38,497 bases of DNA from an uncultured Verrucomicrobiales bacterium (GTDB taxonomy: Bacteria; Verrucomicrobiota; Verrucomicrobiia; Verrucomicrobiales; DEV007), in contig CALKOM010000151.1 in NCBI GenBank assembly GCA_938091905.1, positions 1 to 38,497 of the forward strand. The letters run 5' to 3'. A program made the translations under genes and the position numbers. This document shows, piece after piece, positions 26,595 through 35,500 of this stretch (positions are counted from its first letter, which is position 1; each line of letters starts with the position of its first letter). The notes below the pieces were generated by a model. That model saw only the letters and a program-made list of their open reading frames with translations. It was not told the origin of the DNA and searched no databases.

Positions 26595-28409
26595 CTTCGC
26601 CCTTCTTCACGATAGCCAGAGAGCATGGCATGGTCTCCCACAAGTAATGAAGAGTAGAGATCCTCTTTTATTGCCGAGCGCGAGGCCTGCATGGTCTCCT
26701 TCGTAAAAATTTGCGGCACAGTCGCCTGATCAACCGTTTCATAGTAACGCCCGCGCCCCATTTCGACAATTGTCGAAAGCAATTCACGGGCAGCCGAGTT
26801 ACCCAGCGCAACCGAGGACACGGTGATACCGCTTTCAGTCATCGCTTGAACCATCCCATGGAAATCTGCGGCACTCGTTTGCCCATCCGTCATGACGATC
26901 ATGTGTTTGATCTTTGCCGTACCGTTGTCCAGCATGTCCTTTCCGGCAACCATGCCGAGATAGACATTCGTCCCACCGTCTGCGGCCAAGGAATCAATCA
27001 CCGCCTGAATGGCATCAGATTCAGAAGCAGGGCGCAGCTCAGAAATGATCTGAGGCTGCCCATCAAATCCGATCACACCAATCTGGTCCCTAGCGCTGAG
27101 CACCTCTACCGATGCCTTTGCGGCTTGACGCGCCAGCTCAATAGGCAAGCCTTGCATGGAGCCCGACTTGTCCATGACAAGGGCCATGGCGAGCGACGGG
27201 TTCTCTTTCTCAAAGCGCGAGATCAGCGGCAGCACCTCCTCAACGGGAGCTTTGTAATAACCGCCCAAGCCAAAGGAGTTTTCCGAACCCAACATGGCCA
27301 CTCCCCCGCCAAACTCCATCACGTACTGTTTCAACCAGTCCATCTGCTGCAATGTCATGAAGGTTGCTGGCACATCTGCCAGAACAACCGCATCAAACGC
27401 TAACAAGCCTTCCATCGACTCCGGCATCCCGCGTACGCCACGAATGTCGACCTCGATCTCTTGCTCCTTCAGCGCACGACTTAGATTGCGCATGTTTTTG
27501 GGAGAGTCATGGAGAACAAGCAGACGCGGCTTGCCTGTCACCCGTACGGTAACCATACTTTGATTGCTAAGAGGAAAGTGATCTTGCTCCGGCACCAGCT
27601 CCGCCGTCCACAGACTTTCCCCTGGCGTTGTCATGGGCACCTCCACATCGGCCTCCTGGTCTCCCCCATCAAGAGCAACGTCGATTTCGCGCATAACGAC
27701 GCCCTTGTGCAAGATACGGAGCTTGGCATCCTGCGATTGGTTCGCAACAAGGGTCACCCGCATCCTCACCGTTTCTCCCTCAAAGGCAGTGAGCGCATTC
27801 GTTTCGACACCCACCACCGCCGCTTCTGGCGCCTGCAGACCAACCAAAGGACGCCAAAGGACATCGATCTCTTCTTTCGCTAGAAGAGGCATGGCCTCCG
27901 CGACAGGCCGATGAGTTTCTCGCCCATCTGAAAAGAGAACAATCCGACGCGCCTTCGATGCTGGGAATTTTAGGCGGCTCGTCAAGAGCCCTTCAGGCAA
28001 TCGTGTGGCGCTACGGAAAACATCATCCGCGATCCCATCTCGCCATTGTTCAAGCTGCGTGGTCATCTCGTCCACGCTTTCAAAAAAGCGCACACCATCT
28101 CCCAAAATTCCAATCGTATCGGAGTCTGTAGCGGCCAAAGAAACGATCGCCTACTCAATCTCAGGCACGGCCTCGATGGCAGCAGGCAGATCGACCGATT
28201 CTGAAACATCGACCATGAAGATCACGCGACTCTCGCAAGACAAACGGTCGACACAGTGCCAGAGCAAGGAGCACCACCGCACCAGCCCGGCACACTAAAG
28301 AGGCCACCTTCAAAGGGCGTGGCCGATCAACCAACGAAACCGCGTATCCTACTCCAAGGACCAACACGAGGCCCAGCCAGTGGAGTGGTTGATAAAACGC
28401 GAGTTGCAT
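26591..28409 (-). pseudogene. vWA + glutamine-amidotransferase-like membrane protein pseudogene (3' truncated)
   Basis: N-terminal TM pair ending LALCRP from ATG 28409; frameshift ~28220 into VIFMVDVSES (MIDAS); TAG at 28151; LFSDG; FDAVVLADVP..FGLGGY; second vWA DKSGSM..GGT..MTDG. Ends abruptly where the EamA remnant begins. Confidence 0.8.
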
Positions 28410-28426
28410 GGGCCTACACTCTAAGC

Positions 28427-28462
28427 AAAGGGCCCTCGGCACGCCATGTGCAACGAGGGCCC
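28427..28462 (-). terminator. Probable intrinsic terminator of the cyclophilin gene
   Basis: GGGCCCTCG..GCAC/GTGC..CGAGGGCCC stem 25 nt after the stop, followed by a short TTT on the minus strand. Confidence 0.55.
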
Positions 28463-28487
28463 GGACAAAGTCGACTTTAATACGCTG

Positions 28488-29183
28488 TTAGTCTTTCACA
28501 ATGGTCACACTCTTAATATAAGTGAGCTTCGGGAAGTCTTTCTTCAGGTAAGCATTTCCTTGTGATTGGACACGGCCTTGGCCAGGTCCGCGACCGCGGG
28601 GCGCACCTTCACCATAGCCTTTGTAAATCTTGTTCACGTTGGCCATACCTTCGACTACTTTTCCGAATGGTGTGAAGCCCATCCCATCAAGACGCGAGTT
28701 ATCACCAAAATTGATAAACATTTGTGTCGTGCGGGTATTTGGACCAGCCGTTGCAAAGCTGATTGTTCCCGGTTTGTTAGATGCTTTCCCTTTAGAGTCA
28801 TCCTGGAGCTTCGCGTTTTTCCAAACCGTCGAAATAGCAGGATCACCATGAATGCCGAACTGAGCCATGAACCCTTCGATCGCACGGAAGATCGCGATAT
28901 CCTCAAAGAAGCCCACTTGAATCAAGTTATAAAAGCGGTCAGCGCCAAGTGGTGACCATTCGCGGGTGACCTCGATTGTAAAGTCACCTGCTGTCGTGGC
29001 AAACTTGGCTTTAAACTTATCAGGAGCCTTTGCCGTCGCCTTCGAGGGATCCGATAAACCTGCAGCCTTCTTCGCTGCTGCAGGAGCTGGTTCCTTCTTT
29101 GCTTCTTTCTTATCTTCCGCCCCAGCGAAACCAGTCAGCGCAAGGCTGACACCGACAAATACAGAGAGTGAGTTCTTCAACAT
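28488..29183 (-). CDS. Exported cyclophilin-type peptidyl-prolyl cis-trans isomerase
   Basis: Signal peptide from ATG 29183; FRAIEGFMAQFG, GTISFA..GPNTRTTQMFIN, PFGKVVEGM. Confidence 0.92.
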   Translation of the reverse strand: MLKNSLSVFVGVSLALTGFAGAEDKKEAKKEPAPAAAKKAAGLSDPSKATAKAPDKFKAKFATTAGDFTIEVTREWSPLGADRFYNLIQVGFFEDIAIFRAIEGFMAQFGIHGDPAISTVWKNAKLQDDSKGKASNKPGTISFATAGPNTRTTQMFINFGDNSRLDGMGFTPFGKVVEGMANVNKIYKGYGEGAPRGRGPGQGRVQSQGNAYLKKDFPKLTYIKSVTIVKD

Positions 29184-29251
29184 GATTGGCTGAATTAACC
29201 GATCCCAAGGACTCTGGCAACCAAGTCTCGCAAACAATGAAGACGCAAAGC

Positions 29252-32200
29252 CTACTTCGATATCAAGAGCCTATAATAGGGCGACGGCTGCGCCGGAAGG
29301 GCAAAGGTCAGGGATTCGCCTGTTCCATCGATCGCAGGCAAGCCTTCGGCCCTCCACGTCACAAGATCTTGGCTTTGTTGTACCTGATAAACGCTTCCAG
29401 ACGTGGACTCCCAAATGAGGCGAAGCTGAGCTTCGGAAAGTCGCTCAATCCGCAGGTTCACACTAGTAACCGTCGTTTGGCCTTCTCGTTCCCCTGCCTC
29501 GCCAGGCGATCCTCCAATCTCGGCACTCACCGCCCACGCACTGGATTCCCCATTAGTTTCCGCAGGGGCCAGCTCGTCAAAGACCAGCGACCGACCAGCC
29601 GCAACCACTGGCCAGGGCGATTCAGTGTCGTACCGAATCTCGGCGATCGTACTGCTCGTGGCGTCCTCCAGTTTGAGCCGTTCGCCGGAGTTATCCAATC
29701 GCGTGTCATTGGCAAAGGCCCCTGCGACAGGTAGCCCCGCGCCATAGGCCGCTTCAGAAGCCGCAACATCACTGACAATGAGCAATCGCTCTGATGGCTG
29801 AAGAGAGGTGATCGAACTATCAGCAAAGTCAAAGTCAATCCCCTGAGAAAAGCGCACGCCTGTGAGATCAAGAGGCACATCTCCGGTATTCAGTAGCTCC
29901 ACGAATTCAACGCCACTCGGCTCAGCTGGGAGGTAGAGTATTTCGGAAACGAGAAGATGCTCTTGCAAAGCCGAAGGCTCCCCTTCGTATGTCTGGCGAT
30001 AGATCTCCTGCTCTTGATCATCGAGCAAGACAAGCTCTTCTCCAAAGTTCGAAAGGTGATTCCGATAGCCTCCCTGAACAAAGAGACCTTGATTGCCACT
30101 CGGCCCTTCCTCTCGGGCACGGAAGACCACGACATTCTTCGCCAAATAGAGATCGCCACCGCCAGGATTGAAGAGGCTAAATCCAGGGATAACCGTACCA
30201 GGCTTGAAGGTGAAGTCGATGCCACCAGACAGCGTCCAACCGGAGATATCGATCGCGGAACCCTCACCGTTGACGATCTTGATATACTCCTCGTCCTGAT
30301 TCCCAGAGGCCGGATTGAATTCGACGTGCTCAATCCGTACCTTCGGCTTATCAGGCTGCGGGCCCGGAATCCCCACACCACCGCCAGACTGTAGGTAGAC
30401 TAGCCGTGGCCCAAGATACTCTGTCTTGATGCGTTCGACGGTTTCACGCATCGTGTCACTGCGTCCTCCAAAGTGAGCTTGCCCCTTCCAGCGCTCACGA
30501 TCCAGCACCACATCCGGCTCCATGAGCTCGACGAGTTCGTCCAAGCGATTGGTGAAGTAGTCACTTGCCAGGTAGCGATCCGTTAGTGTCCGAACACGAC
30601 GGAAGAACATCGCTTTCGTCCGAGAAACTGTCATCAGGCGATCTAGGTAGTCATTGTGTTTGCCCGCCCCAAGCTCGACTTTACGGCTGCCCAACAGAGG
30701 GTTGATGGCCGTTCGATTGCCGGGATCATCCCCGTCCGCCATGATACGATCCGTATTCAGGGCATCCGGACCGAATGTTAGATCCAAATCCCACGGTGTC
30801 ATGAACCACTCTCCCATCCCTCGCGTGTCTCGATAGAGGAAATGGTTCTTGTCGCTCGCATCGATGTTCTGGGTGATGACGACCCCAGCCATGAAATTAA
30901 TCTGGGCAGGTAGATCCGCCACATCGAAGAGGAAGTTCTCACGCTCGGCTCCGGTTAGCCTGAGCCCGTCGATAAACTCCTGCGCATCGGCCTTCCCACT
31001 TTCATAGCGACGCGTCTTCTTCTCGAATGGCGAGACTGAGTTGTAGAACGAGCCCGGGTTGGCTTTGTAATAGACTCCTTCAGGATCGAGATTCCCACGC
31101 CGCAGAAAGTCCTTGTCCGGCTGCTCCACGTAGAGTGACACACTGTAAAACTCACCATTCTGTTGGACGCGCATGGGAAACGTGATCGGAGAATGCGTGC
31201 CGGAATCTTGATGAAGTTCCGTAGTCAGGATCGCCCGGCAGTAAGACTTGTCCGTGTACGTCGTGTTCTGATCGAATTCTGTCACCCGAGGCAACTCCGC
31301 ATCAAATTGAAACTCATGATCCTCGTTGAGCTCGATCTTGTAGGCCTTCTTCGGCCAGCTTGTCGCAGTGCCTCCGCGAATACGCACAAAGACATTGTCA
31401 TAGAACTCTGCCCCAAATTCTCCTTCGTAAAACAACGCACCCCGGGTCCCGCTGCCAGTCTCTGCCCGATTCGGCTGCTCAAAGAAACGATGTAACACTG
31501 GAAGCTTCGTATCGATGCTAGGATCCATTGCTACCGTCCCATAATAGATATCAGAGTCATCTGGATCATGGACCCATGGATCGCTAAACACGGCCCCTTG
31601 ATCATCCTCTGCTTCCACGCGCCAGCGCAGCATTTCGCCCGGTTTGACCGCCGAACCAAACAGCGTTGTCATGCTGAACGAGGCTGAGTAAATGCCATCC
31701 CCAGCGGTTTCATCGGGCGATGCTCCATCGTCCTTCATTGCTAACGAAACCTCATTCTTGAACATGAATCGATAGAAGAGCGTCACGTTAGCAATCTCCG
31801 ATTCATTCGGCATGACCTTGGCCGTAATTACTGTCGTCTTGGTTTCTCCTACCACCGGTCGCCCCGTCACATTCATCACCTCACTGACATAAGGGCCCAA
31901 CGACTCGATCGCACCATTGCTCTTTCCTGGCGTAGGCGTTTTGAAATAACCCATCTCACCTGTATCCGAGATACCGTAGGAAACATCACCTAGTTGGCGT
32001 GGGTAGACTGGCGCGTAGGCATGCTCAATGGTCACGCCGTCTGGCTGCACGAGTGCTAGATAGTCGCCCGCTGACGAAAGTTTGAAATTAGTGTGCGTCG
32101 GTTTTATCGGATTACTCTGTTGAAATAACGTCTGTCGTGTGTGTTGATCCTTGCCCGAAGCAAAGACCGTAATCTCGTCTCCCGCTCCAACCTTCAGGCT

Positions 32201-32437
32201 GGGGAAAACCCACTTATCCAGGTTCTCGGGATCATCCGTCAGGTAGTAGCCCTGAAGATCTACTTCCGAGCCGCCTTCGTTGCGGATCTCAACCCAATCG
32301 CTGGAAGCCAGCTGCTCATCATCCAAGGAGGCCAAGTTCTTCGCTTGGAACTCGGCTATCCGCAGGTCAGCGAAGGCTTCAAACGAGAGAGTCCAAGCAA
32401 TCCCTATCGTTAGGACATTTCTGAGGGGGTGGTTCAT
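29252..32437 (-). CDS. Exported LTD + CotH kinase-family protein
   Basis: Signal peptide; three LTDs (SDWVEIRN, DEEYIKIVN, EFVELLN); DDG..PDETAGDGIY anchor-like domain; CotH motifs RIRGG, PKKAYK, KNHFLYRD, PWDLDLTFG; C-terminal module. Confidence 0.88.
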   Translation of the reverse strand: MNHPLRNVLTIGIAWTLSFEAFADLRIAEFQAKNLASLDDEQLASSDWVEIRNEGGSEVDLQGYYLTDDPENLDKWVFPSLKVGAGDEITVFASGKDQHTRQTLFQQSNPIKPTHTNFKLSSAGDYLALVQPDGVTIEHAYAPVYPRQLGDVSYGISDTGEMGYFKTPTPGKSNGAIESLGPYVSEVMNVTGRPVVGETKTTVITAKVMPNESEIANVTLFYRFMFKNEVSLAMKDDGASPDETAGDGIYSASFSMTTLFGSAVKPGEMLRWRVEAEDDQGAVFSDPWVHDPDDSDIYYGTVAMDPSIDTKLPVLHRFFEQPNRAETGSGTRGALFYEGEFGAEFYDNVFVRIRGGTATSWPKKAYKIELNEDHEFQFDAELPRVTEFDQNTTYTDKSYCRAILTTELHQDSGTHSPITFPMRVQQNGEFYSVSLYVEQPDKDFLRRGNLDPEGVYYKANPGSFYNSVSPFEKKTRRYESGKADAQEFIDGLRLTGAERENFLFDVADLPAQINFMAGVVITQNIDASDKNHFLYRDTRGMGEWFMTPWDLDLTFGPDALNTDRIMADGDDPGNRTAINPLLGSRKVELGAGKHNDYLDRLMTVSRTKAMFFRRVRTLTDRYLASDYFTNRLDELVELMEPDVVLDRERWKGQAHFGGRSDTMRETVERIKTEYLGPRLVYLQSGGGVGIPGPQPDKPKVRIEHVEFNPASGNQDEEYIKIVNGEGSAIDISGWTLSGGIDFTFKPGTVIPGFSLFNPGGGDLYLAKNVVVFRAREEGPSGNQGLFVQGGYRNHLSNFGEELVLLDDQEQEIYRQTYEGEPSALQEHLLVSEILYLPAEPSGVEFVELLNTGDVPLDLTGVRFSQGIDFDFADSSITSLQPSERLLIVSDVAASEAAYGAGLPVAGAFANDTRLDNSGERLKLEDATSSTIAEIRYDTESPWPVVAAGRSLVFDELAPAETNGESSAWAVSAEIGGSPGEAGEREGQTTVTSVNLRIERLSEAQLRLIWESTSGSVYQVQQSQDLVTWRAEGLPAIDGTGESLTFALPAQPSPYYRLLISK

Positions 32438-32518
32438 GATAAAGGATACTTATGCAAGATTCAGAACTATACGATAGCGAACTCAGTGCCGTCCAGGATG
32501 CACTGGCCGCTGTCATCT

Positions 32519-32556
32519 GAAAGCAAAGAGGCACCTACGTTTCCGCAGGCGCCTCT
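32519..32556 (-). terminator. Intrinsic terminator
   Basis: Minus strand AGAGGCGCCTGCG-GAAA-CGTAGGTGCCTCT-TTGCTTT: 13-bp stem with G-U pairs and a GNRA loop, 35 nt after the stop at 32592. Confidence 0.8.
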
Positions 32557-32591
32557 CGAGTCTTAGTTAGATTTAGGCCAGAACGAGCCTC

Positions 32592-35500
32592 CTATTGCTT
32601 GCCGCGATAGAAGCCAGCAGGTGCCGCTTGGCGACCTGCGTCGGTCTCCGTGACGGTACCGCTCGCGGCAGGAGCAATCACTTCCCAATTGATCAGGTCC
32701 GTTGAATACTCAATGTCCGCAGTCACACCGTCCGGAAGGGTCACGCTAAAGGCACCATCCGCACCGAACCCAACTGCCGTCAAGTCTGGCAACGGATCGC
32801 CGCCTCCACCACCGCTGGTGAGAGGCTGCCCAGCAAGACCACGATTGTAGACTTCAGTCACGTCCTCCGCCGAGAGGGCCCGGTTGAAGACTGCTACTTC
32901 GTCAAACAACCCGTTAAAGTTCTCGACCGCTGCCCCATCTGCACCTGGCTGACCACCGAGATAGAGAGGCTGAGCATTGGCTGGAGCCGAAGTGACATCG
33001 CTTGAAGCAACCTCTGCACCATTGATGTAGTAGGTCAGGTTGTTTCCCGATTTCACCACAAGGCGATGAGACCATTCGCCCACAACGAACATGGTGTTGT
33101 CACCAGGAACATTCTGGCCTCCACCATCCACATGCCATTCGAAGACTCGTGGCGTGAACTTCACAAATTCGCGAGGCGCGAAGTCCATGCCATCAGGCAT
33201 GTAGCGATTGCCAAAGACAATATTGTTATTGTCGGTTTCGCCAGCATTGACCCAGAAAGACCAGGTGAAGTCCGTATCGAGGCTAATGGTGGGTAATGTT
33301 CCCAGGTCGACATAAGAGCCGCCACCAGATTGGTAGACACTCCCTAGAGTATCATCAGTCACCCATGCAGCTTCTGGCGCAACGACCGTGCCATGGTTGC
33401 CGTGGCCACTAGAATCGGCCACAGTTCCGCCAGCACCCTCGTCGAAGCGCCAATAGCCGATCACTCCCGCCACGTCTTCAAAATCAACGGGCACGCCAAA
33501 GTCCGCCGCAGAGGCGACGAAGTCAGCGAGGATATCCTCGTCAGACAGGGTGCTATCGAAGATGCGAACCCTACCAATCGAGAGCGAACCTTTGAGCGGA
33601 TCCGTGACATCGACGCCATTACCCTCACGCTGCGCCCCCACGAGAATCCCGAGGCCGCCAAAGGTATCGAGAGCGGCATCCTCAGAGTTCGAGAGCTGAC
33701 CATTCGTAAACACCTTCGTGAAAGCGCCAGTCTGCGTATAGGAAATGTGCGTCCATGTACCCGCCATGGCGTCTCCTGGAACATTCGGCTCTTCATCTTC
33801 AACATCGCTGTTAGGGTTCCAACCAATGTCAGGCCCACCACCACCCCAGTGCCCCACGGCCCCAAAGTTGTTGTGAAAACCATGGTTGAACGACATGTTC
33901 GTGCCGTCTGGTCCACCGCGTTTGCCCCAGGAAATCACGGTTTCCTCAGACGCCAGCTGAGGGTTGTATACCCAGGCAATGATCGAGCGCGGACTGGAGC
34001 CTTCGATTTCCGGCGTGGAGACCGGTCCTTCAAAGTAGTCACCGTCTCCATCCAGCGTCACCCCGGTGACACCATCAATGACTTCGACCGTCGGATCTCC
34101 AAATGGCTGGAAATCACCTCCAAGAGAGCCTGCATTAGTCCAAGCACCGGCCGCTCCTGCGGACAGGCCCGAGGCGTCGAGATCGACTAAGGCTGGGATG
34201 CCATCGACAGCCACTGACAGGACAATATCGTCACCCTCAGTCCGACCGACATTCGAAGCTGAGATAAAGCCTCCCGCCGCATCCGTAAGGATGAACGCAC
34301 TGAGGCCAGGATCAACGCCGTTGTCCGTGCCTGAGATGATCATGATCTCCTGACTCGCTCCGGCCGCCGTGAAGGTGCCGATAACCGAACTATTTCCGCG
34401 GGGGAAGTCGCCACTGACATTGGTACCGTCAGAAGCCGCTTGGTTCCGTGTGTTGCAACAGCCGCGCGTGTCTCCCGCGCCTAGCAATTGCACTTGGTAA
34501 GACTCGCCGGCGGTCAAGCCATCGAGCGTAATCGACGCTCCATCACCGTTCCAGCCGTGGCTGTTGTAGATAGAATCCAGAATGTCATCCCCTGTCGTCC
34601 CGCCGTCCCCGGTCCAGAACGTCCCTTCAGCATTTCCACCATCGTAAGCGAATGGCGTGAAGGTAAGGGTTGGGCCACCAATCAAATCGTCTACGGTCGT
34701 ATCTAGATCCACCTCACCCCAGGTGATCCCACCGCCCACTGGGGGGATCAAGGCTGCCTGACTAGCCAGGTAGTCTGGTGACACGGCAACGTTGTGAATC
34801 GCGGCTTCGTCAATGAGCCCTGTATACTGGAGGCCGTTGGCAGGACTCTGAAAGTTGCCAAAGTTCATCGCGCCATCGCCAGGCGTCACAGACTGATAGG
34901 CTGTACTCCCTACCTCCACTCCATTCAGCCACGCGGTGATGGTATTTTCAGCCGAATCGCCAACAAACGCCACGTGTGACCACTGTTCCAGCGGAACCTC
35001 AGCGGTGGTGTTGCTGTTGATGATGTTATCACCACCGTTGATGAAGAGATCGAGTCCGTTCTCAACATCCACGGTACCCGTGCTTCGGAAGGAAGTATGC
35101 CATTGCTCACCGCCATCGCCCCACTTCGTCCAGAACCGATCCCATTCACCAGTGTTATTCGCGTCAGGCCAGACGAAGGCTTCAAGCGTCCAGTTCTCAC
35201 CTAGCTCCAGATCATCCGAATCTTCGGCCCGGAGACGTTGCAGTCCATCTGCCGTGATGTTGACCGCCTGACCAACGACCCCGGCAGCGTAGGCAGCGGC
35301 GCCAGTTGCCGTTAGGGCATCCGCCGTCGAACTCGCCGCACCGCTATCATCGAGATTGTTCTCGAAGCTCCATTGAGACACAATGCCCTTCGGATCCTCA
35401 TCATCGCCGACGCATCCCTGATTCGTCAACTCGCACCCAGGCTCGGCGAACATGGCGGCCACATTATCCCCAGTGATCGCGCGGTTGTAAAACTGCACGT

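Noticed and set aside
26711..27403. 230-aa plus-strand ORF and the many other antisense/shadow ORFs inside long genes
   Set aside because: They lie opposite or out of frame to well-supported genes and show no motifs; expected at this GC content.
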